A stretch of DNA of 63,858 bases, the filler included. It is 7 parts of 7 records of this genome, joined end to end, with 100 filler letters (N's around TTAATTAATTAA, not from the genome) between each part and the next. Parts side by side here need not be neighbours in the genome. Positions count along the whole stretch, not along the records: positions 31,180 to 38,889 come from SRR31147125_16715; positions 38,990 to 57,480 come from SRR31147125_16718; 5 more parts are not named here. One strand, 5' to 3'. Positions 33,736 through 42,915 of the stretch are shown here, piece by piece. The stretch's first letter is position 1; every line of letters begins with the position of its first letter. Made by a program: the position numbers and the translations under genes. The notes under the pieces are model-generated. The model worked only from the letters and a program-made list of their open reading frames with translations, did no database searches and had not been told where the DNA came from.

Positions 33736-34049
33736 ACAATCTGACGCATGTAGCTTTTCATTCACTGGTTGATGCTGGTTTGATCTCGTTTGTTTATTTG
33801 GATCCTGGTTCTGAAATTGGCGCTGATTTTAATTGCTGCGATACCTGCTTTTGTGAATTTGAGGATCATGACCATAGGTGTCTGGTCGCTCATGTTTATC
33901 TCTCAGGATTTAAGACACAAGTCTTCCGTTGTTCGACATGCTTTTCTGATGATTCTTCCTGGAGGCGGGTCGGGGCTGCCGGCGCAGCCGGTGGCACCGA
34001 TTTGTCTCCAGAGTGCGTATGTAACACCGCACTTTTGTCTCATTTTTGA
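33732..34049 (+). CDS. Hypothetical Zn-ribbon-like protein
   Basis: CDTC...CSTC; start overlaps the previous stop; 3' end overlaps the hairpin cluster. Confidence 0.35.
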   Translation: MNNLTHVAFHSLVDAGLISFVYLDPGSEIGADFNCCDTCFCEFEDHDHRCLVAHVYLSGFKTQVFRCSTCFSDDSSWRRVGAAGAAGGTDLSPECVCNTALLSHF

Positions 34050-34052
34050 GAC
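33970..34052 (+). other. Hairpin cluster, candidate rolling-circle origin
   Basis: GC-rich stem at 33970-34000; AGTGCG-TATGTAACAC-CGCACT; GTCTCA-TTTT-TGAGAC; immediately upstream of rep. Confidence 0.5.
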
Positions 34053-34079
34053 TTTTTGACTTTTTGTTATGGCTTGCTA

Positions 34080-35195
34080 ATGATTTTTCCTGATTGGATC
34101 ACATTGATTTTTGATGACTATGAGGGCCCTGAAATCTCAGGTGGCCAAGTTCAATTTGTTCATCCGAATGGTGTGATTGAAAAGTGCGTTGATCGTCGTT
34201 TGTGGCTTGAAGGTTCCTATGAATCAAAAATCTCTGTTCGTGGGTGGAAAGGTCATCTTGAAATATCCGGCAATCCGACAAAGTTCATTCAGGGACATAA
34301 TCTTTTCGGATGCTCTGATCTTCGCTACTTGCTCAGAAAATTCATTGATCGGGTTCTGTCGTTGATCGGCATGGACAAAATAAACACCGAGAAGGTTGTT
34401 CGGTTGCTCTTTGAAGGAAATGCTCGTGTCACCCAGATTCACCTAACGGGAATGTACGATTGCGGAAAAACAAATACGGAGGTTTCTCAGTTTTTAAAAG
34501 CATTGCCTTTGTACCTCTATAAAGACCGTCAGAAGTCTCATGATCGCTATGACTCCACATATTACATCGGTGAAAAGTCACGACGGTTAAGGACAAAAAT
34601 TTATAACAAACTGACAGAAATAAACGAATCCAAGCACGGAGCCTTAAAATTTAATCCAGATATTAATAACGCTCTTTGTAATTGGGTTAAAAATAAAATT
34701 CGAATTGAGTTCGAACTAAAATCTTTATTTTTGAAAGATTATCTTTATTTAAATGGAAACATTGAAAAATGTTCAATACCAACAAAAGAATTATTAACAG
34801 TTCTCAGAACTAAATCAAAAAATATAGATTCTTTATCATTATTAAAAACTTGGTACGAAAAGGACATTATAAGGAGAGTATTTATGACTCTACTAAACAA
34901 GAAACTTAAATTACCTGAAAATTTTTCTTATAACGAATCCAACCTGGTTGAACTTCCACGTTCAGTACGTGGAACTTACTCAATGTGGTCTCAAGGACTT
35001 GATGTGAAGACACATCTTTCTAAAGCTAGTTTATATCGTCATCGTAATTTGATTTTTGAATCTATTGGCGTTGATATTTTTCAGCCTTGTGCATTTTCTC
35101 AACGAAAGAACGTTGTCGTTCCAATGTTCAAAATTATCGAAGCTGGCCCGGCTTCTATTCCTGAGTGGGCCTATACCTACGGCCTAGTGGCCTAA
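34080..35195 (+). CDS. gII: Rolling-circle replication initiator, phage gene II/X family
   Basis: PDWIT; EGSYESKI; ISGNPTKFIQGHNLFG; KIYNK; IRIEFEL; SKASLYRHR..GVDI. Confidence 0.9.
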   Translation: MIFPDWITLIFDDYEGPEISGGQVQFVHPNGVIEKCVDRRLWLEGSYESKISVRGWKGHLEISGNPTKFIQGHNLFGCSDLRYLLRKFIDRVLSLIGMDKINTEKVVRLLFEGNARVTQIHLTGMYDCGKTNTEVSQFLKALPLYLYKDRQKSHDRYDSTYYIGEKSRRLRTKIYNKLTEINESKHGALKFNPDINNALCNWVKNKIRIEFELKSLFLKDYLYLNGNIEKCSIPTKELLTVLRTKSKNIDSLSLLKTWYEKDIIRRVFMTLLNKKLKLPENFSYNESNLVELPRSVRGTYSMWSQGLDVKTHLSKASLYRHRNLIFESIGVDIFQPCAFSQRKNVVVPMFKIIEAGPASIPEWAYTYGLVA

Positions 35196-35220
35196 ATACT
35201 GACAAAAGAGAGGTTTAATC

Positions 35221-35535
35221 ATGGCAGACACTATTTGTATTTTGGAAAATTGCGAAGTTTTAAGCACAAACGTGAACGTCTGGGAAAAATCAAAAGACGA
35301 CGTTCGAACCTTTATGACAGCTTTCTGTCATATCGAAGGTGATGAAGAAGGGCGTGAAAAATCATCTGTATTTGAACTGAACTGTGAAGATCCGGTTGCC
35401 TTTGAGGATCTCAAAAAGATGCGCAGGAAAGGGCCTACTAGTCTTGTTGCTGCCATGCGTCAGTTCAAAGATAACAAGCGTTATATCTATCTCGATACCG
35501 TACAAAGCTACTTCAAACCCGGTAAGACTGCTTAA
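35221..35535 (+). CDS. Probable ssDNA-binding protein (gene V position)
   Basis: 104 aa, beta-rich; SD GAGG; sits between rep and the minor coat genes. Confidence 0.6.
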   Translation: MADTICILENCEVLSTNVNVWEKSKDDVRTFMTAFCHIEGDEEGREKSSVFELNCEDPVAFEDLKKMRRKGPTSLVAAMRQFKDNKRYIYLDTVQSYFKPGKTA

Positions 35536-35546
35536 GGAATTTAACG

Positions 35547-35645
35547 ATGGATGCTGACCAGTTCGATGCACTTATGACGATCCTTTACATTATCGGGCTG
35601 GTTATCTGCTTTGCCTTGGGGGCTGTGCACGGTCACCAACGGTAG
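35547..35645 (+). CDS. gVII: Minor coat protein pVII homologue (32 aa, absent from the ORF track)
   Basis: MDADQFDALMTILYIIGLVICFALGAVHGHQR; M13 pVII ends CFALGIIAGGQR; SD AAGGA. Confidence 0.85.
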   Translation: MDADQFDALMTILYIIGLVICFALGAVHGHQR

Positions 35646-35659
35646 GAAAGGGGGTCTCG

Positions 35660-35779
35660 ATGGATACGACATCTGCAGAGTTTATCTTATCAACCCTAAT
35701 CGCTGCCTGGGCTCTTGGTTATTGCTTCGGAAAAGGGTTTCTTGAGTTCAGGCGTTTATTCGACATTTCATCAAGTTAA
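35660..35779 (+). CDS. gIX: Minor coat protein pIX homologue (39 aa, absent from the ORF track)
   Basis: MDTTSAEFILSTLIAAWALGYCFGKGFLEFRRLFDISSS; M13 pIX ends LGWCLRSGITYFTRLMETSS. Confidence 0.8.
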   Translation: MDTTSAEFILSTLIAAWALGYCFGKGFLEFRRLFDISSS

Positions 35780-35794
35780 GAAAGGAAAAGATCA

Positions 35795-36019
35795 ATGAAA
35801 ACCCGTATTTTTACACTGTTTCTGCTTGTCGCTATGACTTTTTCTGCAACGTCTGCTTTTGCTGTCTGGACCACCCCTCCTGAAGCAGTTGAGGCCTTTG
35901 CCGATATCGTAACTGGTATCGGTGCAATGGTCGCTCTTGGGTGGACTGTTGCCAATTCTTCGACTTTGGCCACTGCTGGTTTGCGCCTGTTTAAGAAGTT
36001 CGTTAACAGGGCTATCTAG
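35795..36019 (+). CDS. gVIII: Major coat protein pVIII
   Basis: 23-aa signal peptide ending AFA; 51-aa mature helix ending GLRLFKKFVNRAI (M13: GIKLFKKFTSKAS). Confidence 0.92.
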   Translation: MKTRIFTLFLLVAMTFSATSAFAVWTTPPEAVEAFADIVTGIGAMVALGWTVANSSTLATAGLRLFKKFVNRAI

Positions 36020-36038
36020 TTTTTTGCTCAATCCGTTC

Positions 36039-36075
36039 AAAAGGGGCTTGGTCTTTCGGCCTAGCCCCTTTTTTT
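36039..36075 (+). terminator. Terminator after the major coat gene
   Basis: AAAAGGGGCT...AGCCCCTTTTTTT; same position as the Ff central terminator. Confidence 0.85.
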
Positions 36076-36089
36076 ATGGTGATACCATC

Positions 36090-37679
36090 ATGAGAGTTTT
36101 TGCTTTTTTGTTCCTTTGTTTATTCACGCTTGTTCCTTTTTCATATGCTGAAAACTGGGTCAATATTCAGTTTGATGTTAAATGGTATAAGTATGATGTA
36201 GACAATTTGGCTTATCGTTATGAGGCTAGTTCTGGTTGTAGTTCTGCGGACTATTACAATGGCAGAACTGTACTTTTTAATCCTTGCAGTTACGGAGCGA
36301 CCGGGATTTGTGTAGGGATCCAATCTGTTGAGCAGGATCCATCATGTAATACTGGTCGTGGTCCTGTTGATACGGATTACTATCCTGCTAGTTATTGTGG
36401 ATATGATCCTTGCCCATTAGAACCTTGTGAAAATCAGACTCGCTGGCAGGAGTATACTGGCGAGCCTAATCTTGACGGTTATGGTTGTTACGAATATGCC
36501 TGTAGTAACAATTATCGCGCGTTGAGCATGTGCGACATCAATGAGCATCCCACCCAGGGAATTTGCACTAACGGTGTGCAGGATGACGGTGAAGAAGGTA
36601 TTGACTGCGGTGGTCCTTGTTCCGCTGCATGTGAACCTAAATGTCCACCTGGTAGCACAAGTGCTGAAGTCTCCGGTGACGGATATACTTCTGTTGAGTG
36701 TTTCCGCTCTATCCCTCCAAATTCTGCCGGTGTTTGTCCTGATGGATTTGAACGTCTCTTAGATTCCGATACTGCTCAAATTTATTGTTATGAAGACATC
36801 GATCCAGTTTTGTCACGTCCTGATTTTGAGCCTGAACCGTTGGATGAAGTTCAACATGAGGCTGTTTATACGGATGAGGATATCGCTGCAACTGATGTTC
36901 AGCGTGAATATTCAACCAATGACCAGGGGGAACAGGTAGAAACGATTACGGCAACTCGTGTTGTCGACAACCATGATGGAACTCAAACAGTAGAAAAAAC
37001 CGTTACCACCACGACAACCCATGCTGATGGCTCTCAGACTTCTGTTTTTGAAGATTCAACCACGATTAGCAACTCTGATGGACAGTCATCAACCCAGACA
37101 ACGACAACAACAACTGTTACAGACTCAAATGGTGATCTTGTTTCGGAGAGTAGTGGCACGCAAACAACTTCTTCGGATTCTGATTATACTCCTCATGGTC
37201 CTCAGGCAGTTGAGGTTGATGTTGATACGGATGGTATTGAAAACAAGCTAAACACAACAAATACAATACTTAATCAGAGTAATTCACTTCTTTCTGACAT
37301 CAATGATTCACTCAATGGAGAAATTACAGAAGAGTCTGATTCTTACGGGGATTCTCTCGATGAAGAATCAGATGGTTTGCTCGATGAACTGGCCTCATCT
37401 CAGCAAGATTTGATCGATTCAAGTTCTTCAAATGTTGATTTTGATACCCTGCCATTTTCAGAATCCGTCACTGATGAAATAAAGCAGATCCTTCCTGAGA
37501 GCGTAAGCACTTGCAGGGACCTTCCCATTGAATTTGATCTTTTTGATGTGCATCACAGTTATTACATTGACTGTGATCCGTTCCAAAATTTGAAAGATAT
37601 TTTAGGCTGGTTTTTCTATGTACTGACGGCTATCGGTCTTTTTTACTCTGTCACAAAACCTGTAGGAGAAAATAAATAA
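36090..37679 (+). CDS. gIII: Adsorption protein pIII homologue, Cys-rich
   Basis: Signal peptide; 18-Cys ectodomain; Thr/Ser/Asp-rich stalk; C-terminal YIDCDPFQNLKDILGWFFYVLT (M13: SIDCDKINLFRGVFAFLLYVAT). Confidence 0.85.
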   Translation: MRVFAFLFLCLFTLVPFSYAENWVNIQFDVKWYKYDVDNLAYRYEASSGCSSADYYNGRTVLFNPCSYGATGICVGIQSVEQDPSCNTGRGPVDTDYYPASYCGYDPCPLEPCENQTRWQEYTGEPNLDGYGCYEYACSNNYRALSMCDINEHPTQGICTNGVQDDGEEGIDCGGPCSAACEPKCPPGSTSAEVSGDGYTSVECFRSIPPNSAGVCPDGFERLLDSDTAQIYCYEDIDPVLSRPDFEPEPLDEVQHEAVYTDEDIAATDVQREYSTNDQGEQVETITATRVVDNHDGTQTVEKTVTTTTTHADGSQTSVFEDSTTISNSDGQSSTQTTTTTTVTDSNGDLVSESSGTQTTSSDSDYTPHGPQAVEVDVDTDGIENKLNTTNTILNQSNSLLSDINDSLNGEITEESDSYGDSLDEESDGLLDELASSQQDLIDSSSSNVDFDTLPFSESVTDEIKQILPESVSTCRDLPIEFDLFDVHHSYYIDCDPFQNLKDILGWFFYVLTAIGLFYSVTKPVGENK

Positions 37680-38017
37680 TGGTTGTTGCTGCTGCTGCTA
37701 TTCCTTGGTTGGCTGCTGCTTTAGGTGGTTTATTCAGTGGCCTTGTCTCTTGGTTTGCAAAAAGATTGACTAAAAAGATTGCTGCTATTTCGGCCTTCAC
37801 TGTTGGTGTTTTTGCCTTATCAGCCCTTTATTTCAGCGCCATGTATGGGCTTTATTCCTTGTTCGATTATGTTTCTCCGCCTCTTCTTGCTGATGCTTTA
37901 AGTCTTGTCATGCCATCAAACACGGCTGGTTGTGTCACTGCTGTTGCTACGGCCAGAACTGCCAGATGGGTTTATGTTTGGAACTATCGATTCATTGAAA
38001 CTACGGCTTTGGTGTGA
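37679..38017 (+). CDS. gVI: Minor coat protein pVI homologue
   Basis: 112-aa hydrophobic protein between III and I; begins AIPWLAAALGGLF..KK. Confidence 0.8.
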   Translation: MVVAAAAIPWLAAALGGLFSGLVSWFAKRLTKKIAAISAFTVGVFALSALYFSAMYGLYSLFDYVSPPLLADALSLVMPSNTAGCVTAVATARTARWVYVWNYRFIETTALV

Positions 38018-38020
38018 GAA

Positions 38021-38889
38021 ATGGCTGAGTTTGTTGTCACCGGCAAGAAAGGTGCTGGAAAGGGCTTAGTTACTGTTGGAAAAATTCGAGAGTACCTTTT
38101 TCAAAATCGAATCGTTGCAACAAATCATGATTTAAAGCTTCACAATCTTATAGGCCCACATTCAAAACAATGTCGCGTCATTCGTGTTCCAGACAAACCT
38201 AAAATTCATGATCTGCTAATGATCGGTGTCGGAAATCCAACGATCGATTATCAAATGATCAGCCGTAAAGACAAAGATGGGAACCATTCTTATTGGGATT
38301 ATGAATTTGCCGACGATCAGCCACGATTCAACGAGGATAAGAACGGTCTTCTTGCTTTAGATGAGCTTGGCTCCTGGATGAATACAAGAACATTTTCAGA
38401 TAAAGACCGTAAGCCTGTCCTTGATTGGTTGATTCACGCTCGTAAATATGGTTGGGACGTGATCTATGAAGTGCAAGACCTTTCCATGATTGATAAGCAG
38501 GTAAGAGAGGGATTTGCTGAGCATGTTGTTTATTGTCGCCGTTTGGATCGTATGCCATTGCCACTGATCGGCGCTGTTCTTCCAATAAAAATGCCAAAGG
38601 TCCATTTGGGGATTGTCAAATATGGCACCTCTGTTAATGCTCCAAATGTCGATAAATGGGTGATTCGGGGAACAGATTGCTACTCGGGCTATAACACGCT
38701 TCAAAAGTTTTCAGACCTCTACCCACATGGTGGTTTTACATATCTTCCTCCCTTTATGACTCACGGAAAATATAAACCTGCAAAGAATTGGAAAAATAGG
38801 ATGCGTATTACAAAAATTATAGGTAGGCGCTATTCACGGATTATTTCTTTTGCTTGTGGTTTCTTCTTGTCGGCTTTTGCCTTTGCCTG
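38021..38889 (+). CDS. gI: Morphogenesis ATPase pI (Zot family), 3'-truncated
   Basis: VTGKKGAGK; RVPDKP; NEDKNGLLALDE; HARKYGWD; AEHVVYCRRLDR, which closely match M13 pI as recalled. Confidence 0.95.
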
Positions 38890-38989
38890 NNNNNNNNNNN
38901 NNNNNNNNNNNNNNNNNNNNNNNNNNNNNNNNNTTAATTAATTAANNNNNNNNNNNNNNNNNNNNNNNNNNNNNNNNNNNNNNNNNNNN
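38890..38989. other. Artificial contig spacer
   Basis: N44-TTAATTAATTAA-N44. Confidence 0.98.
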
Positions 38990-39517
38990 AGCAGCATCGA
39001 ACATATCTTGATTGTAATATAAAACTTCAGTAGCTGCACACCATGGCAAACCATATACTGCACCTAAGCCATCAGATAATGCTGCAACAGCATCAATGAA
39101 GTCATCTTGATCAATGTTTGAATCCTTTAGATAATCATCAAGTGGTAAAATACCGTCAGCTTGTGCGAAATTTCCGATATCACATTCCCAAACTATCATA
39201 ATGTCTGCATCCGCTCCAGAAGCTACCATTTGGTTTAGTTTGGATGAGTATTCAGTATCAGGAATAACAGTTACGTCAACTTCTATCCCAGTTGCTAACT
39301 CAGCCTGGTAATACATATCCATTTCTTTGTCTTCCATTGGCTCATTCCAAACAGTAAGCGAAACTGTTTTCTTTTCGCCTGATTCCTCAGAACCTTTTGT
39401 TTCCCCATCATTTTTAGATTCATCTGTCGATGCAGTAGAACTACCACATGCTGCAAGTGTTAATACTAATGCCAAAACTAACATTATACTCAGCATCGAT
39501 TTTAACATTCTTTTCAT
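38990..39517 (-). CDS. Sugar ABC transporter substrate-binding lipoprotein, truncated
   Basis: Lipobox LAAC; ILPLDDY; YGLPW..LYYNQDMF. Confidence 0.85.
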
Positions 39518-39616
39518 TTTTTTATTCCTCCATAATTTATTTTACTAGTAGCATTTGCTTTTTTTAACAAACACCTACAAAATATTATTCAAACTTAGAT
39601 TTTCCCGTCATTGTTA

Positions 39617-41567
39617 TTATATTTTCATCATCGTTTTAATCCAGACCTGCATTTCACCTGGTTTGCGGTTTCCCCACAGAGCATAAGGAACAACTCGAAA
39701 GTTTGCCTTTTCAAATTCAAACTTTGGCTCACCATAAAGCTGATTATCCTTTTGCACCGAATGAACCATTCTTCCACCCTCAAAATTCAGTATAGGCGTG
39801 CTCTTAATCAAATCATCATCCAATTCCTCGATGATCGGTGCGTGAATATCTGCATAACACGATGCAAGGTTTTTCCGTTATCAATTTCCTCTAAGCAAAA
39901 TACGCAAGGTCCTTTCATAAGTGCTACTTTACCAATGTTTTCCTTTACATTGATATTAGAAGCAACCCATCTAGGCTTTACATCATATTGAATTTCCAAT
40001 TCGTGCTGTCCATTAAAATTACCCTTAAAAACTGCATAGCCCTTTTCAATCATCGGGTTAACCAATGAACCATTTAATGTGAACTTAGGTTCCTTTACAT
40101 AATCTGGTATACGAACCTTCAACGTAAGCTCTTCATTACTTTCCGATTTTATGAGGCATTTTATTTTTCCATCTTGCAAAAATGTTGATTTCATTGTGAT
40201 ATTGGTTTTATAACCATAAACAACCGTATCATAAGTGGATGATATAAATAGATTTATAAAAATTAATGCATTGTTTTGTGCATAAATATATTGACCTAAT
40301 GAAGCAAGTGTTCTAGCAACATTTGTAGGACAGCAAGCTACACTAAACCAGCGCTGCCTCTGCGCTTTTACATGTCCCATCGATGTTGCCTCCATACATT
40401 CTTCAGGCTTCACTTCTAAAGGATTAACATAAAAATATCGATCTCCTTCTATACTGATACCAGCAAGCACAGTATTATACAAAGCGCGCTCAACAGTATC
40501 ATAATATGATGCATCTTGCTCCATCAATGCCATTCTTCTTCCATATAATGCAAGTCCAATTGAAGCACAAGTTTCACAGTAACCCGATGCATTTGGCAAA
40601 TGATAATCATTTGTAAACCTTTCAAAAAATCCAGATGATCCAATACCACCTGTAATATACATCCGTTTTTCGGTCACATTTTTCCAAAGCTCCGTACAAA
40701 CTTCTAGCATCTCTTTATCTTCAAACTCATACGCCAAGTCAGCCATTGCACAATACATATACATCGCTCTAACTGCATGACCCTCTGCTGTTTTTTGCTT
40801 TCTCACTGGTAAATGAGATTGAGAATACTCCAGTTGATAGCTTATAAATTCAGGAAATATTGTATCTCCGTTTCTTTTTTCATTTCTTGCTCAAAATAAT
40901 TTGGGCTTTCGCCACGCGATTCAATAAAATATTGTGCTGTATCTAAATATTTTTTGTTCCCTGTGCAATCATACAGTTTAACAAGCGCCAGTTCAATTTC
41001 TTGATGCCCAGGATAACCTTTAATTTGTTTCTCGCCTGGACCAAAGATATCGAAAATCAAATCAGCAAAACGGCAAGCAATATTTAATAATTTTTTCTTA
41101 CCAGTCGCTTCATAGTAAGCAACTGCCGCTTCAATCAAATGTCCTGCACTATAAAGCTCATGCCCTTCTATAAGGTTACTCCATCTAGACTCTGGTTCTG
41201 CTACTGTATAATATGTATTTAAATATCCATCACCGCACTGCGCTTTCTCAAGCAATTCTATAACTTCATCGGCAATTTGCTCAAATCGCTTTCCTTGACC
41301 ATTATGAATACAATATGCAACGCTTTCTAGCCATTTATACACGTCTGTATCCATAAACACAACGCCTTTATGTTCTCCTTGCATCATACCAGCAGCAATC
41401 TTAAAGTTATCTAAACAGTGAGTTGGTTCTGCATCAGGTATTCGATCATTCAATATTTCCCATTGATACGGAACTATAACTTCTGAAACCATTTTTGTAT
41501 AATTGCTCCATAAAGGATCTTCGACTGCTATTTTATTAAGTTTTGGTAAGTAAGCAGATACAAGCAT
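39617..41567 (-). CDS. GH127 beta-L-arabinofuranosidase (split by two indels)
   Basis: DTDVYKWLE; HELYSAGH; GHQEIELAL; GHAVRAMY; YCETCAS; ACCPTN; VPYALWGNR. Confidence 0.9.
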
Positions 41568-41604
41568 ATTAAACCCCATTTCATATAACAATCCGTTTCG
41601 ATGT

Positions 41605-41833
41605 TAAACGTTTACTCTAAAATAAAGATTATAGAAGTTTTAGCAATTTGTCAAGTGCTTTTTATGTTTTTATTCATAATTTTTTCACAATTAGCAATAA
41701 TAATAAGCAATATTCCACCTATTTACAGAGAATATAGCTTATATAAACGTTTAATATTTATAGCATGTTTAATCATATTCAGAATAATTATTACTGTCTA
41801 TAGTCTATTTCACCCTTGTTTGTTAAACGTTTA
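41605..41833. promoter_or_regulatory. Three LacI-type operators (TAAACGTTTA)
   Basis: Perfect palindrome at 41605, 41744 and 41824, in the divergent gap between the GH127 and lacI-family genes. Confidence 0.8.
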
Positions 41834-41870
41834 TATGATATTGTTAACATATTATGTGTGGGAGGTTTTT

Positions 41871-42899
41871 ATGGCAACAATTCGAGAAATTTCAGATAAA
41901 GCAAATGTATCTATCGCTACAGTTTCAAAGGTATTAAACGGCAAGCCTGGGGTAAGTCAATCCACTATCCAAAATGTTATGAAAGTCGCAGATGAATTGA
42001 AATATAAGCCAAATCTTTTTGCTAGGAATCTAAAAAAAGGGAGCAGCCGTACTATCGGGATAATAACAGAGGACTTAACTGTCTTTAATACACCTGATAT
42101 AGTTGACGGCATCGATGTTTACTGCGAAAGCAAAGGGTATCATTATATACTAGGCAATTTACGTTTCAACAAAAGATATGGAAACAATCTGAAAGACACT
42201 GTTGAGTGTACAAACCTTGTCAACACACTCGTAGATACTATGCTTTCAAAACAAGTTGACGGCATTATATATGTTGGTTGTCACAGCCACGCAGTCGTAC
42301 CAATCAAAAGAAACGAAGTTCCTTTTGTGTATGCTTATTGCTATAGCACCGACCCTAACATTCCATCCGTTTTATACGATGATCAAAAGGCTGCTTTTGA
42401 AGCTACACAACTTTTAATAAGTAAGGGTCATAAAAAAATCGGTGTAATTGCAGGACAAAAAGAAAGTAGCCATACCGCAAATCGTATTTTAGGGTATCAA
42501 GAAGCATTATACGCAAACAACATCCCCTATAATCCTAGCTTCACCATACATGGAGACTGGACAAGAAAATCTGGTTTTGAGGTTAGCGAAAAATTGGTCG
42601 AAGCTGGCGCAACTGCAATATTTGCTCATAACGATTTGATGGCAACAGGTGTAATCGAATACTGTAGTAATCACGGCATAAAAGTTGGTAAAGATATGGG
42701 ATTAATCGGATTTGACGATCGCGAAATCGCTACTTTTTGCACGCCTTCACTAAGCACAGTATCGTTACCCTTATTTGAAATTGGACAAAATGCAATTCAT
42801 CTTCTGTTAGATATTTTATCCGAAAATCACGTATCTTCTGGTCAAAAAATAATGCTCGGATGCAATTTGATCGAACGTGAATCGACTAACACAAAATAA
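41871..42899 (+). CDS. LacI-family transcriptional regulator
   Basis: MATIREISDKANVSIATVSKVLN; YKPNLFAR; IGFDD; SD GGAGG. Confidence 0.95.
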   Translation: MATIREISDKANVSIATVSKVLNGKPGVSQSTIQNVMKVADELKYKPNLFARNLKKGSSRTIGIITEDLTVFNTPDIVDGIDVYCESKGYHYILGNLRFNKRYGNNLKDTVECTNLVNTLVDTMLSKQVDGIIYVGCHSHAVVPIKRNEVPFVYAYCYSTDPNIPSVLYDDQKAAFEATQLLISKGHKKIGVIAGQKESSHTANRILGYQEALYANNIPYNPSFTIHGDWTRKSGFEVSEKLVEAGATAIFAHNDLMATGVIEYCSNHGIKVGKDMGLIGFDDREIATFCTPSLSTVSLPLFEIGQNAIHLLLDILSENHVSSGQKIMLGCNLIERESTNTK

Positions 42900-42915
42900 T
42901 TATGGAGATACGTTA

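Larger units (their letters stand above)
31209..38889 (+). mobile_element. Filamentous (Inoviridae-like) prophage, truncated by the contig end
   Basis: Repressor, AlpA, Rep II/X, then V, VII, IX, VIII, III, VI, I in Ff order, next to a tRNA 3' end. Confidence 0.9.

Noticed and set aside
35922-36089. N-terminal extension of the pIII ORF in the track
   Set aside because: Overlaps gene VIII and its terminator; the signal peptide begins at ATG 36090
38021-38889. Zot as an enterotoxin
   Set aside because: Sequence and context match the phage assembly ATPase pI; there is no evidence for a toxin domain
41601-41870. 90-aa hydrophobic extension on LacI (and the similar extension on XRE from 49538)
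   Set aside because: Runs through promoter and operator DNA; strong SDs support the downstream ATGs
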